This document shows, in pieces, positions 47,635-56,424 of a stretch of 64,000 bases of DNA. Position 1 is the first letter of the stretch, and every line of letters starts with the position of its first letter. Under the pieces are notes generated by a model. The model was given only the letters and a program-made list of their open reading frames with translations. It searched no databases and had not been told where the DNA came from. A program made the translations under genes and the position numbers. The stretch comes from a virus (Duplodnaviria; Caudoviricetes): the IMG/VR virus record IMGVR_UViG_2862465376_000001, positions 64,001 through 128,000 of that record. One strand, 5' to 3'.

Positions 47635-49833
47635 ATGAGCACGCCGGAAGACACATCGCCGCTGGCCGGGTTCGACCCCACCGCGATCCACCACCTGTTC
47701 CTCGGGCTCGACGTCCCCGACCCGATCACCTTCGTCGTCTCACCGAAGTACCTGAGCAGGCCCAACCTGTACCCCCGACAGGCCACCCTTCTGAAATGCT
47801 TTTTTCTCAGAGAGGACCTGTTCACCGAGTACGACTACCGCGTCGTCGCCGAGTGGGACGAGGCCTACCGCACCGCCAAGAGCGCCAACGAGCAGCGCGC
47901 CGCCCGCGCCGCCGCCCTCGCCGAAGAGCAGGACCCCGAAGCCGCCCTCGCGGCCGAGGTCGACGACATCATGACCGACGCCCTCGACGAGCTGGCCCAG
48001 CAGGTCCTCCTCGAAGGCAACGAAGACGCCCCCAAGATGCCCCTGTCCGGCACCCCGGACATCCTCGGCCGCATGCGCGCCTGCAAGGCGCTCGGCTACA
48101 GCTGGTTCAAAGAGATCCTCCTGGTCATGGGCCGCCGCGCCGGGAAGGGCCACATCAGCGCCCTGGCCATGGCGTACGTCCTGTGGTGCTACATGGCCAA
48201 GGGCGACCCCCAGGAGCACTACGGCGTCGACCGCGACAAGAAGCTCGCCGCCCTGATCTTCGCGGGCAAGCGCGACCAGGCCAAGCAGAACCTCTGGCGC
48301 GACTTCGTCAACGTCGTCACCGGAGCCCCCTGCTTCGCCCCCTACATCGCCAGCTCCCTCGGCGAGAAGCTGTCCGTCTACGCCCCCCACGACTTCGTCC
48401 GCATGGAGGAGATGCGCAAGAAGGGCATCAAGACCGCCATGGACATGGCCACCTTCGAGATCCTCCCGAAGGAATCCACCGTCATGGCCGGACGAGGCCC
48501 CGCCTCCTTCATCCTCGGCTTCGACGAGATGGCCCACGTCGTCAACGCGGGCGCCAACCGCTCCGCAGGCGAGGTCTACGACGCCTCCACCCCCTCCCTC
48601 GACCAGTTCGGCAAGGACGGCTTCATCGTCGAACCCAGCTCGCCGTGGGAAATGAGCGGCAAGTTCTACGACAACTGGCTGCGCGCCACCAGCTTCGAAG
48701 ACGACGGCACCCCCACCTACCCCGCCGTCATGATGATCCAGCTCCCCAGCTGGGACATCTACCTCGACTGGCAGATCGCCCACGAACTGCCCCTCTTCCC
48801 CGAAGGCTTCCAGGGCGACAACGCCGAGTACGAGAACGCCCCCCTCCCCGGCTTCCGCGTCCTCAAGGGCGCCATCCAGACCTACGACGAAGAGATGCGC
48901 AAGCTGGAGAAGGCCGACCCCGACACCTTCAAGGTCGAACGCCGCGCCCAGTGGGCCACCGTCCTCGACGCCTACCTCGACCCCGCCAAGGTCGAAGCCG
49001 TCTTCTCCCCCTGGTACGCCCGCCCCGAACGCTACGGCAGCCCCCTCATCGTCCCCACCGAGCGCGGCGTCCTCGCCTACGTCTACAAGGGCCACGCCGA
49101 CCCCAGCTCCGTGAACTGCCGCTTCGGCATCGCCGTCGGCCACACCGAGACCGACGACGAGGGGCGCCCCCACGCCGTCTTCGACAAGATCCACCACTTC
49201 GATCCGGCCGACTTCCCGAATCACACCATCGACTACGAAGAGGTCGAGGACTGGATCTGGGAGGAGATCATCAGCGTCTACCAGCCCGAGGACTTCACGT
49301 TCGACCAGTATCAGAGTGTCGGCAGCATTCAGAAACTCGTCAAACAGGTCGCCCGCGCCCGCCTGGCCAAGCGGGTCAACATCTGGGAGCGCACCGCCAC
49401 CAACCAGCTGAACTGGAAGTACGCCGAGACCTTCAAGGCCGCCATCAACCTCGGCCTCGTCCACGCCCCCGCCTACGAGGACGGCGAACTGGAACTCAAG
49501 TTCCTGCAGAAACCGCCAGGCATCAACCGCGTCGACCACCCCACCGTCGGACCGGTCCAGACCAAAGACATCGCCGACGCGATCATGATCACCACCTACG
49601 CCCTCATCGGCGACTGGATCAGCGGCTACAAGGAGCAGCTCAACGCCGCCAGCGCCCGAGGCGCCATGCAGGGCGGCCTGCACGGATCCAGCCCGCACAG
49701 CCCCGAAATGACCTCGGCAGACCACGACCTCCAGGGCCGCCTCGACGCCTTGCGCCAGTTCACCCGCACCCGCACCGGCCGCCCCGGATGGGAACAGGGA
49801 CTCGGCCGCACCCGGACCGGATATCGCCGTTGA
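47635..49833 (+). CDS. terminase large subunit
   Basis: MGRRAGKG Walker A, LGFDEMAH Walker B, PSSPW, HADPS nuclease start, FDQYQS, KDIADA. Confidence 0.85.
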   Translation: MSTPEDTSPLAGFDPTAIHHLFLGLDVPDPITFVVSPKYLSRPNLYPRQATLLKCFFLREDLFTEYDYRVVAEWDEAYRTAKSANEQRAARAAALAEEQDPEAALAAEVDDIMTDALDELAQQVLLEGNEDAPKMPLSGTPDILGRMRACKALGYSWFKEILLVMGRRAGKGHISALAMAYVLWCYMAKGDPQEHYGVDRDKKLAALIFAGKRDQAKQNLWRDFVNVVTGAPCFAPYIASSLGEKLSVYAPHDFVRMEEMRKKGIKTAMDMATFEILPKESTVMAGRGPASFILGFDEMAHVVNAGANRSAGEVYDASTPSLDQFGKDGFIVEPSSPWEMSGKFYDNWLRATSFEDDGTPTYPAVMMIQLPSWDIYLDWQIAHELPLFPEGFQGDNAEYENAPLPGFRVLKGAIQTYDEEMRKLEKADPDTFKVERRAQWATVLDAYLDPAKVEAVFSPWYARPERYGSPLIVPTERGVLAYVYKGHADPSSVNCRFGIAVGHTETDDEGRPHAVFDKIHHFDPADFPNHTIDYEEVEDWIWEEIISVYQPEDFTFDQYQSVGSIQKLVKQVARARLAKRVNIWERTATNQLNWKYAETFKAAINLGLVHAPAYEDGELELKFLQKPPGINRVDHPTVGPVQTKDIADAIMITTYALIGDWISGYKEQLNAASARGAMQGGLHGSSPHSPEMTSADHDLQGRLDALRQFTRTRTGRPGWEQGLGRTRTGYRR

Positions 49834-49910
49834 CCAGGAAAGGCGTTCTTGCCGAACCCAAAAACGCGTGGCACGATGGCCCTGTCTCGTGGATAGGGCT
49901 GCTGCATGCA

Positions 49911-49990
49911 GCCAGCGGCGTACCTGGGTGACAGACCGCAAGGTCGGCTCAGGCGTGAGGGTCGTTCTTGGCGGGATCACCCCACTTAAA
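49911..49990 (+). ncRNA. candidate structured small RNA with a UUGGCG loop
   Basis: CCTGGG..GACC-GCAA-GGTC..CTCAGG hairpin followed by GTGAGGGTCGTTC-TTGGCG-GGATCACCCCAC hairpin in the terL-50097 intergenic region. Confidence 0.4.
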
Positions 49991-50096
49991 ACGTCCCACG
50001 ATGACCCAGCGGGCCTCCCGGCCAGGATCCACCGGGAGGCCCGCTCATCTGTGTCCACCACCTCACCTCCAGCGCCAAGGACTGGAGGTGCCAGGG

Positions 50097-51494
50097 ATGA
50101 CGGACATCAGCGCGACCAGCTTCTTCCGCCAGGCGGCGGCCGACCCCCCGGGGCTCGACTTCGAGCACGAAGAGGTCGACACCGGTGGCAGTAAACGCCC
50201 TACCAAGATCCACCTGCACGCCGTCGAGCCCGGCACCGGCGACCGCATGGGCACCCTCACCTACCACGTGCCCCGCCGCAAAGCCGACAAGATCCTCATC
50301 GAACACCTTGGCACCGAAGAGGCCCACCAGCGCAAGGGCGTCGGCTCCGCCCTCATGGACGAGATGCAGCGCCGCCACCCCGGCACCCCCATCGATCACG
50401 GCGACCGGACGGACCAGGGAAAGGCGTGGTGGGACAAGTACACCGACGGCAAGAAGGTCACCCGAGGCCGCACCATCGCCTCGGCCACCAAGCCCTGCCC
50501 CTGCTGCGGCGGCACCGGCGAGCACGACACGGGCTTCGAGTGCTTCCACTGCGACGGCGGCCTCACTGTCCCCGCCGACAGCCCCGATGACGCCACCTGT
50601 GACGGCCGCCTGCCCGACGGCGGCCAAGGCAAGACGGCCTTCACCACGCCTGTCCCTGACAACCACGAGCCCTACCAGCACGAGCACGACTGGCTGCCCC
50701 GCGACCACTTCTTCGCACCGGGGGAGAAGGGTCTGGACCCGCGCCTGTTCGACGAGCACGAGCGCATGCACCCGATCGTCCGCCAGCACCTGCTCAGCCT
50801 GCTCAACAGCTTCTGGGCGCCCAAGTACGGCGACTCCTGGCAGTCCTGGGCCCGCGTCTACCTCGCCGGATCCGAGGCCAGCCACTTCTACGGCAACGGC
50901 GACCTCGACATCCTCATCGGCATCGACCACGACGCCCTCAACCACCACGTGGACACCTTCACCGGCGAGCCCCCGGCCGCCGTGGACGAGAAGCTCACCG
51001 ACGAGCTGCGCCACGGCCTCAACGACGAGGCCCGCATGCTCCCCGGCCCGGACGGCAAGGAAACCGGCCCCTGGGAGAATACTTGGTATGTAAACCCGTC
51101 AAGCTATGACATACGGGACATCAAGCCCTACGCCGCCTACGACATCACCCGCGACGAATGGGCCGTGAAACCTGTTGAAGTACCAGACGACTTCAGCCCC
51201 GAAAAGCTCCCCGAGTCCACCTGGGACGTGTTCGAGGCGCTGCAGAAGCTGATCGGCGCTGTCCGGGAACTTCCCGACGGAGTGCGCGAAAGGGAAGGCG
51301 CAGCGTTGTACGATTACCTCCACGCTGACCGCCACAGCGCATTCGGCCCCGAAGGAACGGGCCTCTACGACCCCAGCAACGCCGTCTGGAAAGCCCTCGA
51401 CAAGGCCCCCGACGCACCGTTGCAGCAGCTGATTGACTGGAAGCACGCCCACGACGGCGTGGCCGCCGCCACGGACCAGGAGAAGGCCGCATGA
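50097..51494 (+). CDS. polyvalent protein: GNAT acetyltransferase + Zn finger + pol-beta-type nucleotidyltransferase
   Basis: HQRKGVGSALMDEM (GNAT motif A); CPCCGGTG..CFHCDG; YLAGSEAS..GNGDLDILI (GS..DxD). Confidence 0.75.
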   Translation: MTDISATSFFRQAAADPPGLDFEHEEVDTGGSKRPTKIHLHAVEPGTGDRMGTLTYHVPRRKADKILIEHLGTEEAHQRKGVGSALMDEMQRRHPGTPIDHGDRTDQGKAWWDKYTDGKKVTRGRTIASATKPCPCCGGTGEHDTGFECFHCDGGLTVPADSPDDATCDGRLPDGGQGKTAFTTPVPDNHEPYQHEHDWLPRDHFFAPGEKGLDPRLFDEHERMHPIVRQHLLSLLNSFWAPKYGDSWQSWARVYLAGSEASHFYGNGDLDILIGIDHDALNHHVDTFTGEPPAAVDEKLTDELRHGLNDEARMLPGPDGKETGPWENTWYVNPSSYDIRDIKPYAAYDITRDEWAVKPVEVPDDFSPEKLPESTWDVFEALQKLIGAVRELPDGVREREGAALYDYLHADRHSAFGPEGTGLYDPSNAVWKALDKAPDAPLQQLIDWKHAHDGVAAATDQEKAA

Positions 51495-53431
51495 CCGAGC
51501 ACAGCGCCACGGCGTTCTTCCGCATGACTGGCGCGGTACTGGCCGGTGCCAACGGAGACCTGCCCAGCGGACTGACCTTCTCCCACCGAGAGCATGCAGA
51601 TGGCCACGTTGTGCTCGCGCATCCAGATGACAGGCGTGACGTCTCCGTCGGGTCGCTTTCGTGGTTCAAGCACAAGCGGCCAGGGCCCGAAGACGGGTGG
51701 TGCAAGACGTGCGACGACGAGTACCCCGACGGGCACCACTCCCACCCGGCGGGTGAGGTTGAGGGTGTCCAGGTGCTGCCCAGCTACCGACGCCGTGGTA
51801 TCGCCTCCGCCTTGTGGAGCTACGCCCACTCGCTGGATGTGACTCCCAAGCCGGTGCATTCTGCAGACCAGACAGACGACGGGGCAGCGTGGGCACAGCA
51901 CAGCGCCACGGTGCACTTCCGTGCGGCAGCCGCTTCGAACGGCTGGCACCAGGACCCCGGCCACGCGCACGTCTCACGCGGCATGGAGATCGAGCCGGAC
52001 GGCGGCTGGCACCCCGACGTCGCCCACCGCATCCTGAACGGCACCGCCACCCACGACGACGTCCTCGGCCACGTCGACACCGACCACGTCGGGCACTACT
52101 GGTCGACCCACAGCACCACGGACCCGGGCTCCCTCCGCGAGCCCCGCTCCTACGCCGAGCCCCACGAACCGATCTCGAACTGGACCCCGCACGCCGAGCC
52201 CGGCGAGAACGTCCTGGGCGCCGCCGGAGTCGTCCTCGTCGGCCACCGCCCCCACGGCTGGAACCCCGACGACAACCCCGATGACGGCCTGATGGGCAAC
52301 TCCCACCTGCCCGACCACTCGCACATCCCCCTGCACGAGATCCACTACACCGGCGACGGCGAGAACTGGCACACCCTCACCCCGCCCGCCGGAACCACCG
52401 TCCACACCGACGGCCAGCACCACACCGCCACCGCGCACGACGGCACCCTCCACATCGGCTACGTCGGCCTGCACGACTACGACAAGGCCATCAACCGGCT
52501 CTCCAGCCTCACGGACTTCTTCCGCGAGGCCAGCCTGCAGGAGACTGCCTCCATGGACGACGAGCACCTTGACCTCTACCACCGCACCACGCCGGAGGCC
52601 GCCGCCGCGATCTACCGCGACAAGCGCATGACCTCCAAGGAGCGCATCGGCAACGACCGGCCGGTGTTCTTCTCCACCTTCCGAGGCGACGAGGAAGATG
52701 CTCAGGGGCGCGGATATGGCGAAGGTGTGGTGCACGTGCGCGTACCGCACGAGATCGCCAACATCGACGACGAGTTCCCCTCCGGCGAGGAGCACTACTG
52801 GGTGCACGCCGGTCACCTCAAGCCCGAGCACTTCGTCGAGCCGACCCACCACACCGCTACCCTCCAGGCCACGGCGGCCGAGCAGCAGTTCCTGCAGCGG
52901 CAGGCAGCAGCCGTCCTCCACGACAAGGGCGTGATGGTGGCGCTCGTCCCGCCGCGCGAGGTCGCCGAGCAGCTGGCCCGCGAGGACGGCCAGCCCGCCG
53001 ACCAGCTCCACGTCACCCTCGCCTACCTCGGCAACACCAGCGACTACACCCGCGAGCAGCTCCAGCTGCTCCCGCAGATCGTCGGCGCCTGGGCCGTCCG
53101 CCGCAAGCCCGTCCACGTCCGTATCGGCGGCATCGGCACCTTCAACAACGCCTTCAAGGGAGAGCACGTCCTGTGGGCGGCGGCCGACATCCCCGACGGC
53201 GCCCAGATGCACTCCAGCCTCGCCCACTACCTCGAAGGCCACGGCTACCGCCTGCCCTCCGAACACGGCTGGACCCCGCACCTCACCCTCGCCTACGTCG
53301 ACCGGCACCACCGCTTCATGCCGCGCCTGGACGAGCACCACTGGGACGCCGAGGAAGTCGTCACCTTCATCGGCGGCACCCGCCACCCGGCCCGCCTCTT
53401 CGGCCGACCCAGCACACCCGCCACCCTGTAA
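51491..53431 (+). CDS. polyvalent protein: GNAT + one or two ART-like domains + 2H phosphoesterase
   Basis: YRRRGIASALW (GNAT); SRG..GHYWST and LYHRTT..FFST..YG..E (ART-like, tentative); LHVTLAY and PHLTLAY (two HxT motifs). Confidence 0.72.
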   Translation: MTEHSATAFFRMTGAVLAGANGDLPSGLTFSHREHADGHVVLAHPDDRRDVSVGSLSWFKHKRPGPEDGWCKTCDDEYPDGHHSHPAGEVEGVQVLPSYRRRGIASALWSYAHSLDVTPKPVHSADQTDDGAAWAQHSATVHFRAAAASNGWHQDPGHAHVSRGMEIEPDGGWHPDVAHRILNGTATHDDVLGHVDTDHVGHYWSTHSTTDPGSLREPRSYAEPHEPISNWTPHAEPGENVLGAAGVVLVGHRPHGWNPDDNPDDGLMGNSHLPDHSHIPLHEIHYTGDGENWHTLTPPAGTTVHTDGQHHTATAHDGTLHIGYVGLHDYDKAINRLSSLTDFFREASLQETASMDDEHLDLYHRTTPEAAAAIYRDKRMTSKERIGNDRPVFFSTFRGDEEDAQGRGYGEGVVHVRVPHEIANIDDEFPSGEEHYWVHAGHLKPEHFVEPTHHTATLQATAAEQQFLQRQAAAVLHDKGVMVALVPPREVAEQLAREDGQPADQLHVTLAYLGNTSDYTREQLQLLPQIVGAWAVRRKPVHVRIGGIGTFNNAFKGEHVLWAAADIPDGAQMHSSLAHYLEGHGYRLPSEHGWTPHLTLAYVDRHHRFMPRLDEHHWDAEEVVTFIGGTRHPARLFGRPSTPATL

Positions 53432-53468
53432 CCCACCACCACGCAACAGCAGTCAGGAGAACAGTCGC

Positions 53469-54227
53469 ATGGCCACGGAGACCAAGGCCCGGGAGATCCC
53501 GCCCTACGTCGAAAGCATCATGAAGGCCGCCACCGACGCCGGGCTGGAGGTAGTCCGCAACACCAACAGCATCAAGATCAGCGCGGCGAACGGCAAGCGG
53601 GGCCAGACCTTCAGCATCCCCCGCAACCCGTACCCCACCGCACCCCAGCTGCGCTCCAGCATGGCCCGCCACGGCTTCCTCGCCAAGGTGAAGTACGACC
53701 CCAGCGCCGCCGAGGCCCCGGCCGAGAAGGACGAGCCGAAGAAGACCGCCGAGAAGACGGGCCACGCCTGCCCCGACTGCGACCACCCGCCGTTCGCCCG
53801 CCCCCAGGCCCTGGGCCTGCACCGGCGCATGAAGCACGGCGTCGTCGGCATGAGCGACGAGGCGATCCGCAAGCGCGAGATCAAGGCGGCCAAGAACCAG
53901 CAGAGCCCCTCGGCAGACCCGGCCACCGGCCCGACTCCTCCCCCCGTCCCGGCCCAGGCCCCCGCCCCGGCCGCCGAGACGGACGCCCGCCCGCAGATCG
54001 TGACGCCCGCCACCTCCGGCCTCCCGGACAAGGTGTCGGCCGCCGTCGCCGCCCTCGTCCACGCCGTCGGCAGCGAGACCGCCAACACCGCCACCCTGCA
54101 CGCCGAGAACGCACGTCTGCGTGCTTTCAAGGACAAGGTGACGGCCGAGGCCACCAACGGAAACCAGACCCCCATCCAGACCGTCGCCAACATCGAAGCC
54201 CTCTGCCGCGCCGCCGACCAGCAGTAA
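53469..54227 (+). CDS. hypothetical protein with C2H2 zinc finger
   Basis: CPDC..F..ALGLHRRMKH. Confidence 0.65.
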   Translation: MATETKAREIPPYVESIMKAATDAGLEVVRNTNSIKISAANGKRGQTFSIPRNPYPTAPQLRSSMARHGFLAKVKYDPSAAEAPAEKDEPKKTAEKTGHACPDCDHPPFARPQALGLHRRMKHGVVGMSDEAIRKREIKAAKNQQSPSADPATGPTPPPVPAQAPAPAAETDARPQIVTPATSGLPDKVSAAVAALVHAVGSETANTATLHAENARLRAFKDKVTAEATNGNQTPIQTVANIEALCRAADQQ

Positions 54228-54247
54228 CACCACCACCACCCCAGGAC

Positions 54248-54274
54248 AGGGCGCGCCACCGGCGCGCCCTTCCT
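54248..54274 (+). terminator. stem-loop terminator
   Basis: AGGGCGCGCC-ACC-GGCGCGCCCT after the stop codon. Confidence 0.55.
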
Positions 54275-54280
54275 GATCTC

Positions 54281-54309
54281 TTGCAATGCATACTCATGTG
54301 CATTAAGGT
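54281..54309 (+). promoter_or_regulatory. promoter with imperfect palindromic operator
   Basis: TTGCAA-17nt-TAAGGT; ATGCATACTCATGTGCAT palindrome. Confidence 0.5.
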
Positions 54310-54343
54310 GGGGGTCTCCCGTACCCGCCGCCGAGGAGATCTC

Positions 54344-54802
54344 ATGTCCGAGAACAACACCGCCCCGCCACTGCCCGCCCCGGAAACCACTCCCGCCATG
54401 GGCGCGCTGGGCCAGCTCGCTGAGATCCAGAACGCCCTGAAGGCCATCGGCGAGCAGATCACAGAACTCACCCTGGACGGCAGCGAACTCGCCCTCACCG
54501 AGAGGCAGGCCACCGCAGACGTCCTCCGCGCCCAGGGCAGGCCGATGACCTACCGCTCCACCCTCTACCTGTACCTCAAGGAGCGGCGCGGCATCACCGT
54601 CGCCGCCAAGGGCAAGCGCCAGCGCAGCATCGGCGACATCGTCCCCCAGGAAGTCCCCAAGTACCTCTCGCCCGAGAGCCTCCAGGCCATCCGCGCCTCC
54701 CTCAGCGCCACCTCCTGGACCATCAGCAAGCTGACAGAGCAGCGCGAGGAGGAGTACCCCGACCTCCACGCCCGCGCCTGCAGCGAGATCATGGGCGTCT
54801 GA
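54344..54802 (+). CDS. hypothetical protein
   Basis: GAGGAG RBS. Confidence 0.55.
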   Translation: MSENNTAPPLPAPETTPAMGALGQLAEIQNALKAIGEQITELTLDGSELALTERQATADVLRAQGRPMTYRSTLYLYLKERRGITVAAKGKRQRSIGDIVPQEVPKYLSPESLQAIRASLSATSWTISKLTEQREEEYPDLHARACSEIMGV

Positions 54803-54908
54803 GCACACAAAACAACGTCCCCGACTGGAACTCCTTGCCCGGATCCCAGCCAGGGACGCTGAACGCCACCTCCACCGCAATCATCCCGCCGAGGAAGACT
54901 GAGAAGTG

Positions 54909-55880
54909 ATGACCGCCTCCAAGCGTACCTGGACCGACACGGCCAAGGCCACAATCACCACCACCGACTGGGACAAGACCCTCACCGACGGCGGCATCTA
55001 CCTCCTCGGCCTCGGAGGCTTCTACGTCGGCTACCAGGTCCTCCACACCCAGGCCCTCGCCGTCGGCTTCCCCCAGGACCAGGCCGTTGTCGTCGCCGCC
55101 CTCGCCGACCTCGCCATCCTGCTCTACTCCCGCAAGGCCGTCCGCGAGGTCAGAGCCGGACGCTCCGCCCGGGTCATCCGCACCCTCGTCGCCCTCTTCT
55201 CCCTCGCCACCTTCGGCCTCCAGCTCCGCGACGCCTGGCCCGACCCCCTCTCCGTCACCTTCCACGCCCTGCCCCCCGCCGTCTGGATCATCGGCCACGA
55301 GATGATGCTGCGCGGCGACCTCCGCGACGCCAAGGCCGCCAAGCGCGACCAGCAGATCGCCGACGGCCTCCGCCCCGCACCCCTCCCGGCCATCCGCCTG
55401 ACCTGGTGGCTCCTCGACCCGTTCCACACCTTCAAGGTCTGGCGCCGCACCAAGCTGTGGGAGGTCCCCCAGGAGGCCGTCATCCGCCACGAGGCCACCA
55501 AGCTGCAGGCGAAGAACAAGGACATCCCCCTCGCCTGGCAGCGCGTCCTCCTGGACACCCCGGCCGACAACGACGAGCCCGAGGCCCGCACTCGCGCACA
55601 GCAGGACTCCCAGAAGCAGGCCGCCTTCGCCGTCACGCTCTACCGCCAGTCCTCCCGCGACAAGGTCCCCACCGACGAGATGATGGACTTCCTCGCCGCC
55701 CTGCCGCCCGCCCCCGCCGAGGGCCGCCCCCTCGACAAGGCCCGCGACTACGTAACCCTCGTCGAACAGGAGGCTGACACCCGCGACATCAAGGTCACCG
55801 GCGTCTTCCTCGGAGCCCTCCTCGGCGTCGACCCCAGCTACATCTCCCGCCTGAAGAAGGCCGCCCCCGTCGGCGCCTGA
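54909..55880 (+). CDS. DUF2637/SpdB-like plasmid spread membrane protein
   Basis: Four TM helices, HALPP motif, IRLTWWLLDPF.TFK.WRR.KLWE typical of Streptomyces SpdB-like proteins. Confidence 0.75.
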   Translation: MTASKRTWTDTAKATITTTDWDKTLTDGGIYLLGLGGFYVGYQVLHTQALAVGFPQDQAVVVAALADLAILLYSRKAVREVRAGRSARVIRTLVALFSLATFGLQLRDAWPDPLSVTFHALPPAVWIIGHEMMLRGDLRDAKAAKRDQQIADGLRPAPLPAIRLTWWLLDPFHTFKVWRRTKLWEVPQEAVIRHEATKLQAKNKDIPLAWQRVLLDTPADNDEPEARTRAQQDSQKQAAFAVTLYRQSSRDKVPTDEMMDFLAALPPAPAEGRPLDKARDYVTLVEQEADTRDIKVTGVFLGALLGVDPSYISRLKKAAPVGA

Positions 55881-55899
55881 TCCCGATACGATGAACACA

Positions 55900-55939
55900 G
55901 CAGGGCCCCGGCGAGCGTGACGGCTCACCGGGGCCCTGC
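55900..55939. terminator. bidirectional terminator
   Basis: GCAGGGCCCCGG.GAGC..GCTC.CCGGGGCCCTGC between convergent genes. Confidence 0.65.
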
Positions 55940-55947
55940 TGCCGTTC

Positions 55948-56301
55948 TCAGATGCTGTAGTACGCCCGGTTCAGCGTGTACAGCTCGTCCGCGAGCGGCG
56001 CCAGCATGTCGTCCCCCGCCTTCCGGCCGCACAGCGTGTCCAGATCCGACGAGAACTGCTTCAGCGTGCTCGCCGACGGCGCCCGGTCCCCCTCCGCGCC
56101 GTCCGCACCCTTCGCGTTCACCAGCAGCTCCTCGGCCGCATCCCACCGCTCGGTGTCATCCATCCGCCCGGCCCAGTCCGAACACGTCCGCGCCCCGTAC
56201 GGCACCGAACTGCTCTCCCCGCCGTCGCCGGAGCCCCCGCATGCCGACACCAGCACCACCACGGCGGCGGCCGCCACGGCCAGACCCGATCTGCGCATCA
56301 T
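55948..56301 (-). CDS. lipoprotein
   Basis: GGAGG RBS; MMRRSGLAVAAAAVVVLVSAC lipobox. Confidence 0.7.
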   Translation of the reverse strand: MMRRSGLAVAAAAVVVLVSACGGSGDGGESSSVPYGARTCSDWAGRMDDTERWDAAEELLVNAKGADGAEGDRAPSASTLKQFSSDLDTLCGRKAGDDMLAPLADELYTLNRAYYSI

Positions 56302-56370
56302 CCCCACCCTCCTGCCGGGCCTCCCCAGCCCGCGTGGGGACATTGAAGCACTCGCCTCGGAACTTGCCGA

Positions 56371-56407
56371 AAACGGCCACTTTCCTGTCCGAGGAAAGTG
56401 GCCGTTT
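56371..56407 (-). terminator. perfect 16-bp stem-loop terminator
   Basis: AAACGGCCACTTTCCT-GTCCG-AGGAAAGTGGCCGTTT downstream of the 56425 gene. Confidence 0.7.
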
Positions 56408-56424
56408 CAGGAAACCTTGCCGGA

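Noticed and set aside
31114-49833. Inteins or introns in DnaE, RecA or terminase
   Set aside because: No C/S...HN splice motifs or LAGLIDADG/HNH insertions seen; lengths are consistent with uninterrupted proteins.
56312-56349. Hairpin ending in CATTGAAGC, resembling a solitary type I-G repeat
   Set aside because: Single copy, imperfect stem geometry, and it overlaps the upstream region of the lipoprotein gene; cannot be supported without a repeat-database search.
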